This document shows, one piece after another, positions 18,278 to 27,665 of a stretch of 51,141 bases of DNA. The position numbers and the translations under genes were made by a program. Origin of the DNA: Bacteriovorax stolpii. Its GTDB lineage: Bacteria; Bdellovibrionota; Bacteriovoracia; Bacteriovoracales; Bacteriovoracaceae. The notes under the pieces are model-generated. The model had not been told where the DNA came from. It searched no databases and saw only the letters and a list, made by a program, of their open reading frames with translations. The stretch lies in NCBI GenBank assembly GCA_945885655.1, contig CAMCZE010000001.1, positions 1 to 51,141 on the forward strand, given 5' to 3'. The first letter of the stretch is position 1; each line of letters starts with the position of its first letter.

Positions 18278-19416
18278 GATTGGAATAGAAATTTATCAAG
18301 CTCTTGCCCGGCCTTGCACCAAGAAACATCACCCAAAAGTTCAAGTCTTTTATTCCTTAATTCATTTTTATGAGTAAAGTTTTTAACTTTTACAGAATTT
18401 AAATCAACTTCTGATTCTTCAATAAAATACACTTCAGGCAGGTGTCTTATCAATTCACTAGCTCCAACTTCATTTTGTCTCGTGATAACCATGAGCCCCA
18501 TGGCCACTGCTTCGAATAAGACCAGCCCGAATGGTTCATAAAGCGTAGGAAATACAAAAACATCTGACAGAGAATAAAAGTCTTGAATTCGTTTAGTAAA
18601 TTGAATTGGAAAAACCTTAATTGTGTTGGGCCATACAACCGTCCTTCCCATTGAGGGACTTCCGACAACGATAAATTGTGCGCCAACACGTTTTTTTACT
18701 ATCTCTAAGGCTTTTTCAATTCCTTTACGTTCATACGCACCAACAAAAATAAAAATCGGTTCTTGCAAATTTAAACCGGAGAGAATCGGATATTCAATAG
18801 TTACCTTATCTAAAATTTTTCTTTTTTCGTCTGAATTCAAAACAAATCGATTAAGGTTAATGCCAGAATAAATCGTACGAGTCTGAATTCCTTTAAAGTT
18901 TTTGTTTAGATAATCTGTAAGAAATTGCGCAGGTGAAAAAAACTTTAAATTTCTTTTAGAGAATAGATAGCTCTCACAAGTTTCAAAATAGAAAAAGAGC
19001 ATTTTTTTATATAAAGTCCTGAGCCAAAAACCTTTTTCCATTTCAAGGCCTTTTTCAGTCCACTGCTTATGGATAAATTGAATACTTACTGCATCCACAT
19101 CTAGGCAGCAAATCCCTATGCCTATCTTGAAAAACCCTTTCTCTTGAAAGAACCTATTATAAATAAAAGTCCAAACTTGATAAAAAATGGCTTTTAGAAA
19201 GAATGGTTTCAATCCTTCAAATGGTACTTTTATTCTTTTTACTTTAAGGTTTAGATCGGGAAAAAGTTCTTCGGTTTTCATACACGTAAAATTAACCACT
19301 TCAATATCAGTAATCATTCTTTTTTTTGATTCAGGCAGATTTCGTATTAATTCAATCAAAGAATTACTGTGACCGACCTCAAGCCTGAGATCATGAACAT
19401 ATAGAGCGATCTTCAT
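18274..19416 (-). CDS. Glycosyltransferase family 4
   Basis: IYSGINL, FVGAYERKG, FPTLYEPFGLVLFEA. Confidence 0.88.
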   Translation of the reverse strand: MKIALYVHDLRLEVGHSNSLIELIRNLPESKKRMITDIEVVNFTCMKTEELFPDLNLKVKRIKVPFEGLKPFFLKAIFYQVWTFIYNRFFQEKGFFKIGIGICCLDVDAVSIQFIHKQWTEKGLEMEKGFWLRTLYKKMLFFYFETCESYLFSKRNLKFFSPAQFLTDYLNKNFKGIQTRTIYSGINLNRFVLNSDEKRKILDKVTIEYPILSGLNLQEPIFIFVGAYERKGIEKALEIVKKRVGAQFIVVGSPSMGRTVVWPNTIKVFPIQFTKRIQDFYSLSDVFVFPTLYEPFGLVLFEAVAMGLMVITRQNEVGASELIRHLPEVYFIEESEVDLNSVKVKNFTHKNELRNKRLELLGDVSWCKAGQELDKFLFQS

Positions 19417-19610
19417 CCTATACTTCCAAAAACTTCACTTAGTTTTTTAAACTCATTTTTTTTATGATTTTTGTTACCAATAATAGTCATACCCCAAGAG
19501 CATCTTTTTTTTTGCATTGTGGATAGAGGTGAAAAACAAAGGTCTCGAATTCTACAAACAAGTCTTTTAGTTTTAAAAAAAAGATTTTGTCTATGTATCT
19601 GTTTCAACAT
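19413..19610 (-). CDS. Small basic hypothetical protein (65 aa)
   Basis: SD AAGGGA before ATG; stop overlaps the next GT4 start (ATGA); fills the gap in a same-strand run; no family recognised. Confidence 0.4.
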   Translation of the reverse strand: MLKQIHRQNLFFKTKRLVCRIRDLCFSPLSTMQKKRCSWGMTIIGNKNHKKNEFKKLSEVFGSIG

Positions 19611-19629
19611 ATGTCCCTTACCATTTAAT

Positions 19630-20679
19630 TTATCTGGCCAATATTTTATTTCGTAAACTTAAAAATGGTTTTTCAATAGCACGATAACTTAACCAAGAAA
19701 GGATACAAGTCAGTGCAAAAAAAACAAAAACTTTAAATATCCAAGGACCTGTCAGCTCTGCTTTAATCAAGACTCGCATTAAAAGATTATTCCAAAGATA
19801 CATGCCAAAGGACCACTGAGCTATTCTGAAGGCCGGTGAATATAAATATGCATGTATTTTCAATGATTCGAAATATATTAAAAGACAACTAAACCCAACA
19901 GCGATAAGACTAAAACTGTATACTGTGGCGGCACCTAAAAGATATGGTCCATTAAAATAAAAGTTTAACATTAAAAGGAATAGACCAAATATCGCAACAG
20001 CTAATTTTAGATTTTTGCTCCATTGTCCCCAACTAGATTGTGTCTTTGCCAGAAAAACACCGAGCGAAAGACCATCAAGATGGGTATGAGTCGGAAAATC
20101 AATTAAATATGCAACCTGCTCCCTACTCAGAAAATTTAAACTTCCCGAACTCCATTCGACATATCTGCAAATGAAACTGACAGCGATAGGAATAAGCCAA
20201 ACATATGTTCTTTTTCCTAGTCCTAAGACAAAAACGAGAATGGGTAAAAATAAATAAAACTGCTCTTCAATGCAAAGTGACCAAGATTGAACAAAGTCTT
20301 TCAAATCGAAATAATTCTGAGCAAAAAAAAGATAACTAAAATTCCAACCAATAAAGGGATATCCTAAAAAGGGTTTAATAAATAAATAGACAAAAAGAAC
20401 AAAAAAATAAAGAGGGAAAGTTCGTAACCATCTTTTGATCCAAAAAATCTTTAAATTTTTGAATACACTTAAAGACAGTTCTGTATTAAATACCTGTCCT
20501 GCGATTAAAAAACCAGAGAGAACAAAAAAAAGATCTACACCTATCCAGCCATATTCAAAGATGTTACGAAGAAAAAAAACCTCATTTCCTAAGATTTCTA
20601 CAGAATGTAATAGCATCACGAAAACAATTGCAAACATTCGTAAAAGATCGAGGCCATGATTTCTATGGTTTATTAACAT
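19630..20679 (-). CDS. Acyltransferase family 3 (OafA-like O-acyltransferase)
   Basis: GLDLLR, GVDLFFVLSGFLI, KRWLRTFPLY, SWSLCIEEQFYL, SFGMYLW. Confidence 0.9.
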   Translation of the reverse strand: MLINHRNHGLDLLRMFAIVFVMLLHSVEILGNEVFFLRNIFEYGWIGVDLFFVLSGFLIAGQVFNTELSLSVFKNLKIFWIKRWLRTFPLYFFVLFVYLFIKPFLGYPFIGWNFSYLFFAQNYFDLKDFVQSWSLCIEEQFYLFLPILVFVLGLGKRTYVWLIPIAVSFICRYVEWSSGSLNFLSREQVAYLIDFPTHTHLDGLSLGVFLAKTQSSWGQWSKNLKLAVAIFGLFLLMLNFYFNGPYLLGAATVYSFSLIAVGFSCLLIYFESLKIHAYLYSPAFRIAQWSFGMYLWNNLLMRVLIKAELTGPWIFKVFVFFALTCILSWLSYRAIEKPFLSLRNKILAR

Positions 20680-21767
20680 AACTCATTAATGATTTTTTTA
20701 AGTGAACTGTTAAAATGGGCATAGGTTAAGTGCGAGTCGTAAAAAGTAACACATTCCTTAGACATTTGTTGACTTTTTTCTGGATCGTTAACAAAAAGAT
20801 GGAGTCGTTCTCGAAAAGAAACCTCGTCTTTTATGGAAAACTTATAACCTGTTTTTCCATCTTGAACTAAAAAAGAAACTCCAGTATCGATATCCGACGC
20901 TATCACAGGCAACCCTACTGAAAATGCCTCCACAATGGTCATTCCATAGGCTTCCGAACGATTCAGAGACGAAACGATAAGGGCACTATGGCTTGTCAGG
21001 AGTTTAAACTTTTTTTCTTCATTTATTTCCCCAACAAAAAAAACATTTTTTGGTGATTTGTTTTCTAATTTAGTTTTCAAGGGTCCATTTCCCACTATCG
21101 TTAGTTCATAAGGCATGTCTTTAAAACAATTAATTAAAAACTCAAATCCCTTGTATGGGACCATCCTTCCGATTGCTAAGAACTTACCTCGATATTTTTT
21201 ATCTCCAGAATTAACCTTACCTTCAAAATGATGATCAATACAGAATGGAATAATTTTCACTTTCCCACTAGGTAATTTTGATAAAATAGCCGATGATTGT
21301 TTTAGATTTTCGCTCGAGCATAAAAAATTATCGTACATACTGAGAGATCTTGAAAACCATAGATTATAAGCATCTCTCAAATGAATCTGGTTAATAATAT
21401 CACTGTGATAAATACCTAAAATCTTTGTTTGATTATTATTTAATTCTTTCGAAAACCATTTCAAAACCTCGTGAGAGAAAGGATTTGGTAAATGCACTAA
21501 AACAAAATCATAACGAGTGTCCCGAATTAATTTTCTAAGTTTTAGAAAATACTCCACCGAAAAAGAAGCGGAACCAATTTTAATATCTTCCTTTGTCTGA
21601 TAGACATCCTCTCCGTAAGTTCCTTTGTATCTTTTATTGCTTGCTCCAAATGTGAGGACCTCTACCTGATGCCCTTGTTCTATGAAAGCACGGCTAAAAA
21701 ATTCGGCCACGATCTCAACTCCACCATAAGTCGGAGGATAATATTTTGAAAGTTGAAGAATTTTCAA
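20673..21767 (-). CDS. Glycosyltransferase family 4
   Basis: KYYPPTYGGVE, HLPNP, YHSDI, GRMVPYKG, RSEAYGMTIVEA; TTG start with GGGTG SD. Confidence 0.9.
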   Translation of the reverse strand: MKILQLSKYYPPTYGGVEIVAEFFSRAFIEQGHQVEVLTFGASNKRYKGTYGEDVYQTKEDIKIGSASFSVEYFLKLRKLIRDTRYDFVLVHLPNPFSHEVLKWFSKELNNNQTKILGIYHSDIINQIHLRDAYNLWFSRSLSMYDNFLCSSENLKQSSAILSKLPSGKVKIIPFCIDHHFEGKVNSGDKKYRGKFLAIGRMVPYKGFEFLINCFKDMPYELTIVGNGPLKTKLENKSPKNVFFVGEINEEKKFKLLTSHSALIVSSLNRSEAYGMTIVEAFSVGLPVIASDIDTGVSFLVQDGKTGYKFSIKDEVSFRERLHLFVNDPEKSQQMSKECVTFYDSHLTYAHFNSSLKKIINELC

Positions 21768-21779
21768 ATTGTCACCCGT

Positions 21780-22316
21780 TTACTTTGAGTCTTCGATTCT
21801 TTTATAAAGAAGAACTGATGTCAGTATTGTCACAACAACTGATGTCAATCCGATATAAAAATTTCTATTTTCTATAAATCGATCTTTTTTTATGAAAATA
21901 GTGTCGCCTGGCTGCAATGCAAACTCATGAGCTTGAATGTCACCTCCAGCGCCCAAATTAAACTCTTTCCTTTTAATCTTACCTTCCACCTGTCTGTTCA
22001 CGATAACTTCCTCTAATTTGGCCGTACTACTACCACCACCGGCCAGAGAAAGTCCTTTAATGAGTCTCGTATCCACAGGGATAAAGTGAAGCCCAGGTCT
22101 TCCTACCTCTCCCCAGAAATGAACAGGCATCAAAGTTTTATTTTTGGAAGAGGGTGAATAAAAAATCGCTCCGGGAGATTTTCCGATTCCCTGAAGTTCA
22201 GTGGGAAACGCGAGATCATTGAGTTCTATTTGAGAAGCAAATGCTGAACAAGATTGAAGTATAAAAACTAAAGTCACCATCAAAGAAAAGAAATTCATGC
22301 ATTTGTAATTATTCAT
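21780..22316 (-). CDS. SLBB-domain polysaccharide export protein (minimal Wza/OPX-like)
   Basis: Signal peptide; VHFWGEVGRPG...GLSLAGG...LQPGDTIFI SLBB pattern; C-terminal hydrophobic helix. Confidence 0.7.
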   Translation of the reverse strand: MNNYKCMNFFSLMVTLVFILQSCSAFASQIELNDLAFPTELQGIGKSPGAIFYSPSSKNKTLMPVHFWGEVGRPGLHFIPVDTRLIKGLSLAGGGSSTAKLEEVIVNRQVEGKIKRKEFNLGAGGDIQAHEFALQPGDTIFIKKDRFIENRNFYIGLTSVVVTILTSVLLYKRIEDSK

Positions 22317-22488
22317 TTACAAATTTTAAAAGAATAAGAAATATTTAACAAATGAAATCTAGTGGCCTCTCGATTCCTGAGTATGGGAGTCAGCAATACC
22401 CCCAAGACAATTCTGAACTTAATTTAATCTCCTTCTAAGAAAACTAGGGTAAACTTTAAATACTATTTTTTTCTAAGGCCTAGTCACC

Positions 22489-22800
22489 ATGTTTCCTGCT
22501 CATATTCAATATTTCATGTCAACATACTTGGTTTTTGGCATTTTCCCATTAGATAAGGTTCTGCATCTTTTAGTAGGAATGTTTATCACTATCGTTATGA
22601 GACTTTTCAAATTTAGAATGCGCATGATCTTTTTAATTATCGCTGTAGTAGCATTAATAAAAGAGGCCATCGATTCTAGAATTATGACCAACACAATAGA
22701 AGAGAACATCTTAGATGCCATAGCAACTTTTAGTTACCCACTCTTACTTCATCTTGCCATAAAGGTAAAAAGTGCTCAAAGAAAAAAAATGATCAACTAA
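22489..22800 (+). CDS. Small membrane protein, VanZ-like
   Basis: DKVLH...KE...DAIAT pattern in a small hydrophobic protein. Confidence 0.5.
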   Translation: MFPAHIQYFMSTYLVFGIFPLDKVLHLLVGMFITIVMRLFKFRMRMIFLIIAVVALIKEAIDSRIMTNTIEENILDAIATFSYPLLLHLAIKVKSAQRKKMIN

Positions 22801-23899
22801 TTTTACGTTTAAGATCTATCCACCTTTTTTCAAAAAAGTGATAACTCATTCCTCCTAAAAATCCCGCAGTAAGTATGATGAATAAATAAAAAACAACTTG
22901 TACAATATCTTTATTCCATCCTGATAAAACTAAATCTGAGAAGAAGGGCCGAAAAAACTTTTGCAAAGGATTATGAATGAGATAAATACCATAACTATAA
23001 AGACCAATTGATCTCATGGCTCTTAATTCTAATATAGCTAGGATACTCTTCCCTCCACTCTCTGCTGGATGATGATGCCACCAAAGAACAAATCCCACGA
23101 GGCTTGTATAAAACAAGGACAAACTGGAATAGCCCATGCCTGCCCAGAGATAAAATGGAAGAACTGTTGATCCTGCATAAAAAATGATCGAAAGTATAAA
23201 GGTCACCATAAAAAACAAATGGCCAGTTGTTCGTTCACGAAATAAGAAAGATAACAAGACCCCCATCATAATCGTATCGAACCTTGTAATACTCATGACA
23301 TGAATTGCAACGGAATTCACTCCATAATAGGCAAGAAGTATACGGAGAAGTGGACACACTAAAACAATGGTCCAGGCCACCCTTTTCAGCCTAAAAACAT
23401 CAAAAAAGTACACGCATAATGACCAAAAGAGATAAAACTGTTCTTCAACACTAAGAGACCAACTCAGGTCAATCAAACCATGCTGAAAGTGTCCCCTCCA
23501 AGCAATGTAGTAGTTAGAAAGAAATGTCCAATATGGCCAAGCCGGCACGTCACGAAATTTTGATAATAAACTATGATTTAAATTCGGTAATATAAAAAAA
23601 GCAATAAAAAGAACGACAAAATACAAAGGGATGATTCTAAGAGCACGGGAAAGGTAAAATTTCTTAAAAAAAGAAGGATGCCCTTTGATTCTTAAGAGCA
23701 CTTCATTTATCAGGTAACCTGAGATGATAAAAAAAAGATCGACCCCACTATTAAAAAACTGAGAGAGATCATAAAGACTGCCTGCTTCTGTTAAAAAATG
23801 GGAATGATGGATGACGACAAAAATGATGGCCAGGGCCCTTAGGCCATCTAGCCCTTTAATATATGTCGATTTTTCTATCGGAATCTCAATCTTTCTCAC
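22793..23899 (-). CDS. Acyltransferase family 3 (OafA-like O-acyltransferase)
   Basis: GLDGLRALAI, GVDLFFIISGYLI, RALRIIPLY, SWSLSVEEQFYL, SYGIYLIH. Start moved to GTG at 23899 (SD AAGGATAGG) from the ORF-track 24001. Confidence 0.88.
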   Translation of the reverse strand: MRKIEIPIEKSTYIKGLDGLRALAIIFVVIHHSHFLTEAGSLYDLSQFFNSGVDLFFIISGYLINEVLLRIKGHPSFFKKFYLSRALRIIPLYFVVLFIAFFILPNLNHSLLSKFRDVPAWPYWTFLSNYYIAWRGHFQHGLIDLSWSLSVEEQFYLFWSLCVYFFDVFRLKRVAWTIVLVCPLLRILLAYYGVNSVAIHVMSITRFDTIMMGVLLSFLFRERTTGHLFFMVTFILSIIFYAGSTVLPFYLWAGMGYSSLSLFYTSLVGFVLWWHHHPAESGGKSILAILELRAMRSIGLYSYGIYLIHNPLQKFFRPFFSDLVLSGWNKDIVQVVFYLFIILTAGFLGGMSYHFFEKRWIDLKRKIS

Positions 23900-23932
23900 A
23901 CCTATCCTTTGAGGTTTGTTAAGATAGTCTTT

Positions 23933-25459
23933 ATGAATAATGTACAGACTAAATCTAACATATACTTTGAAAGTATTCTTATTGTTACATACGCTCTTCA
24001 TTATTTGTTAAACTTTCTATCTCATCCGTATGCCGCATTTTCAATATTGGCCATTACCGTATTAACATTTTCCTACGTTCTTCTGATGTCCCCATCTAAA
24101 GTCGTCATCGCTCTCATTTGTTATATTTTCATTGAAGGTCAAGGTAGAATATTATGGAACTATCATTCTTTTTTTCGAATCGCATTTGATCTCTACTGCT
24201 TTATTTTAGTCATTCGAATATTCAAAACGAAGAAAAAAACCTTGAGTGCCAAAATCGTCACGATGCCAATTATTGTGCTTTTTATTCTACATACACTTTG
24301 GATAGGACTTACCATCTTTAACCCGATGGGTGCGGCACCCATTTATTCATTTGCAGCAATCAAGTACTATACTATTCCTTTTTTACTTTTTTTTGCTTTG
24401 AGCTTAATCGATGAACTTAAGGATATTTCATATTTAAAGAGATTGAGCTTTTTTGTTGTGATAATGACATTCCTGACCTGTATTCTTTGTATTTATCAAA
24501 TGGTGCAAGGTGAAAATTCTATTTATGGTATGAGTGCAAATTACTACTCACTATTTAATAAACACAAAAACTTCACGGGTTACTTCTTTAGACCATGGGG
24601 AACTTCGCATGATGCTGGAGCTATGGCAGTTTTTCTTAATCTGTCTGTTGGTTTCATATTTATTTTCTTCTGGAAAAAAACAAAAACATGGAACATTGTC
24701 TCTCTTCTTTTAGTCATCACATTGAGTTGGTACACTCTTTTTATTTGTCAGGTAAGATCTGCATCCATCAAACATACAGCGATTATCTTAAGTATTATGG
24801 GAATCTTTTTCATTCGAGGATCAAAAAGAATACAAAAGGTACTCCTTGCAAGTAGCATAACTCTCGTCTTTTTATTCGCAGGTGTCTATTTTCAAAAAGA
24901 ATCCGTTTTTAAGAAGTTCACTGAAAACACGAATTTTGCACTTACTCGGTACATGAGTTTATTTGAACCAAACTTTAAACATAATCGAGCTTCTACTGAT
25001 ATCGTTTTAATGAGAATGAAAACACAAGTCAATTGGCCATTTGGATATGGACCCGGTATGGTAACCAATTTCCTACCTGGAATAACCACGAGAAGAAATG
25101 AGATGATTGGGGTAAATCTTGATCATCTCTGGAGTGGAGACAACTTTTTTTTATTTTCATTTCTTGAGTTAGGCCTTGGTGCTGTCTTATATATTTTACT
25201 TTTTCTAGCGATACCTTTGACACTAGGAGTACGTTGGTTAAAACTAGACCGCCAAAAGTACCCTACCCAATCAAGTCTCATCCTTATCGTTATATCCATA
25301 CAAGTCATAACCATTGTTGGGAATTGGGGTGCTGTTGGTTTAGCTTTTAATCCTGAATCATTTTTTTATTGGTTATGGTCTGCTATTGGAATTCAAAACT
25401 CATCTTCACAATACTTCGTACAATCTATTCCGCATCAAAACGAGGAGCATGTCCAATGA
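23933..25459 (+). CDS. Wzy-like polymerase / O-antigen ligase-type membrane protein
   Basis: Many TM segments; FRPWGTS, QVRSA, PFGYGPG and DNFF...LELGLG pattern of Wzy_C-like proteins. Start moved to ATG 23933 from TTG 23909. Confidence 0.65.
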   Translation: MNNVQTKSNIYFESILIVTYALHYLLNFLSHPYAAFSILAITVLTFSYVLLMSPSKVVIALICYIFIEGQGRILWNYHSFFRIAFDLYCFILVIRIFKTKKKTLSAKIVTMPIIVLFILHTLWIGLTIFNPMGAAPIYSFAAIKYYTIPFLLFFALSLIDELKDISYLKRLSFFVVIMTFLTCILCIYQMVQGENSIYGMSANYYSLFNKHKNFTGYFFRPWGTSHDAGAMAVFLNLSVGFIFIFFWKKTKTWNIVSLLLVITLSWYTLFICQVRSASIKHTAIILSIMGIFFIRGSKRIQKVLLASSITLVFLFAGVYFQKESVFKKFTENTNFALTRYMSLFEPNFKHNRASTDIVLMRMKTQVNWPFGYGPGMVTNFLPGITTRRNEMIGVNLDHLWSGDNFFLFSFLELGLGAVLYILLFLAIPLTLGVRWLKLDRQKYPTQSSLILIVISIQVITIVGNWGAVGLAFNPESFFYWLWSAIGIQNSSSQYFVQSIPHQNEEHVQ

Positions 25460-26933
25460 TATGTAAATCTTTATAGTATCTTTCTATTTCATTCACATCA
25501 AAAATCCGATCATCACAGAGAAATATAAAAACCAAAGACAAAAAAAGTAAAAAAACTAATCCAACAAACGAAAAGACAAAAATCTGCATTAATGAATTTT
25601 CTTTGAAGATATGAACACCCAAATCATAGGGCTCAAAATTAACTTCCGAACTTATGGCCGTCTTTTTTAAACGCATTGTGACCAAACGACTTTCAATAAG
25701 TTTTAAATATTCCATATCTGGTTTAAGTGCTAAAAATTCATTTTCAAGCTTCATTTTTTGAATATAAAGACCGTCTAATTCTTTTTTAGCAATATCAGTA
25801 TCCGATTGCAGTTTTTTAAGTTGTTGTGAGGATACCTTATGATCGAAAGCAATGCTTGACTGGCCATTAATTTGTTTATTTAAAAAAGTACCTTGCGCTC
25901 CAATAATTTTTGTATTGTTTCCTAGCTTTTTAAGTTCCTTCTCATTAAGTTTTAACTCTTCTGCAAGCTCAATTAAGATTTCATTATCCGTTGTAGTCCT
26001 CATGACATCCGGAATTGTTTTTATGGATGCGATATTTTGTCTAAGCTCATTAATTTTCTGATTAATCTTAGAATAACTTTCAAAACTCAACATTTCCAAA
26101 TTTTGCGTTTCAGCATTGGCCGCCTTATTACTTTCTTTAAGACTAATCTTTTGAAAATTATAAAGTTCCGATTCTTTACTAAGTCTTAAAAACAAATTTT
26201 GAACTTCGTTCTTTCTTTGTTCTATAGTTGCATTAAGAAATTCACTTTTTGCAATCCTCTCAAATCCACCCTTCAATTCAATTTCACTTCTAGTTTTAGA
26301 CGCTAAGCTTTGAACTTGTGTAATTTCCTTATCTAGAACATCGGTAGCATGTTTCATTCTCGTATCTTCCAACACTTTATGAAAGCTATCAATGATCTCA
26401 ATAGTCGTCTGAGAATTTTTTGTCATTACCGTCAGTATCATTCTTCCAGTACCAGGCTCAACACTGACAGAGTAGAGCGGTGCCAACAGACGAGGAAGAA
26501 GCTTTGATCTGCATGCCTCATCCTTACACCTTTGATATTCTTTCTCAAATGGAACATTTGGCGAAACAGGACTTTCAAAATTAAATTTTTTTATGTTTTT
26601 AGAATCTACTAACCTCTTCACCATATCTTTTACGAAAGAATAACTTGTTACGATGGCCTCGACGTCCTCTTCTTTAAGCTGCATTCCCCGAGTTTCCGTA
26701 ATTTGTTGTAAAAAGTTTTTATTATTTGCAGATTGAGCGACTTCATGATGAAAAACTTTAAAAAAAACTTTTTTCTGGTGAATTTCAGGTTGAATAAGAT
26801 AAAAATATGGAACAAACCCTAGAAGCATAAGGCAGATAAGAAAACTAACTTTTTTATAACGTAAAACCAATGATCCTAGCAACCTAAAATTAATCACTGT
26901 TACGTCATCTAATAGCAAACTAATCTTTTTCAT
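25425..26933 (-). CDS. Polysaccharide co-polymerase (Wzc/GumC-like) without a kinase domain
   Basis: TM, long coiled-coil periplasmic region, TM, then the DDRIFDVNEIE...IIGHAP juxtamembrane motif and stop. Confidence 0.75.
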   Translation of the reverse strand: MKKISLLLDDVTVINFRLLGSLVLRYKKVSFLICLMLLGFVPYFYLIQPEIHQKKVFFKVFHHEVAQSANNKNFLQQITETRGMQLKEEDVEAIVTSYSFVKDMVKRLVDSKNIKKFNFESPVSPNVPFEKEYQRCKDEACRSKLLPRLLAPLYSVSVEPGTGRMILTVMTKNSQTTIEIIDSFHKVLEDTRMKHATDVLDKEITQVQSLASKTRSEIELKGGFERIAKSEFLNATIEQRKNEVQNLFLRLSKESELYNFQKISLKESNKAANAETQNLEMLSFESYSKINQKINELRQNIASIKTIPDVMRTTTDNEILIELAEELKLNEKELKKLGNNTKIIGAQGTFLNKQINGQSSIAFDHKVSSQQLKKLQSDTDIAKKELDGLYIQKMKLENEFLALKPDMEYLKLIESRLVTMRLKKTAISSEVNFEPYDLGVHIFKENSLMQIFVFSFVGLVFLLFLSLVFIFLCDDRIFDVNEIERYYKDLHIIGHAPRFDAE

Positions 26934-26951
26934 AAGTTTAATCTATAAACA

Positions 26952-27665
26952 TTACTCTTTATGAGTAGAATCAAAAATGACTCCCTTAATATCAACGCCA
27001 TAACTGGAAAAATATTTTCGAACTTCATTAATATCAGTTGAGCTGGTGATCACAGGCGACACCACCAAGGTTACAGATTCCAAATGACCCATAATGTGAG
27101 AATAAATCATTTCAGTTCTTTTACTTGAATCAATAATGGGTGTGTCCCAAAGGATGACATCATAACTGTCAACCAGGGCCTTCATAACTGCCAAATGTCC
27201 ATGATTAACAATTGTTTGTTTTTTTAGATCAAGCAAACTAGAAAAGCAGAGAAAATCAAAATGATGATGAAAACTCTTAATGGTCATCTTTTTTCCATGA
27301 TGAACAATGTCTTTTTCCATTTTGCTTGAGATGAGCAGTTCTTCAAACATGCCCTTCTGAAGGCTATCAGAAACAATGAGTATCTTTAAATCAAAGAGAT
27401 GATCAAAGTACGAGGCCAATCCTAATACAGTTCGTTGTTGAGCAGCTTTATAGCTCATCGAAGAAAATGCAAAGGATTTAATCCCTTTTTTATAGTCTTC
27501 TAGATATGATCGGCCAATCTTGGTCAACTGATCTGGGTTATTCACCTTATAAAAAAAGAATGATTCTCCATTTTTTTTATTTTCGATCAATTTGAGATGT
27601 TTTTCTTTTTTGCTATTTGTATCACCAACAAAGGTCTGATCTTGATTTTTTAATATCGAATTCAT
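26952..27665 (-). CDS. BY-kinase (CpsD/Wze)-like protein, pseudokinase
   Basis: FAFSS...TVLGLA, KILIVSD, YDVILWDTP (Walker B), VTLVVS, IKGVIFD; no GK[ST] P-loop. Confidence 0.6.
   Translation of the reverse strand: MNSILKNQDQTFVGDTNSKKEKHLKLIENKKNGESFFFYKVNNPDQLTKIGRSYLEDYKKGIKSFAFSSMSYKAAQQRTVLGLASYFDHLFDLKILIVSDSLQKGMFEELLISSKMEKDIVHHGKKMTIKSFHHHFDFLCFSSLLDLKKQTIVNHGHLAVMKALVDSYDVILWDTPIIDSSKRTEMIYSHIMGHLESVTLVVSPVITSSTDINEVRKYFSSYGVDIKGVIFDSTHKE

Noticed and set aside
22385-22403. Short hairpin GGGGGT-N7-ACTCCC on the minus strand upstream of the SLBB gene, considered as an ops/JUMPstart-like or antitermination element
   Set aside because: Only 6 bp with a G-U pair, and no GGCGGTAG ops consensus
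23900-24001. Apparent head-to-head coding overlap of the acyltransferase and Wzy-like ORFs
   Set aside because: Disappears with the better-supported starts at 23899 (GTG with SD) and 23933 (ATG)
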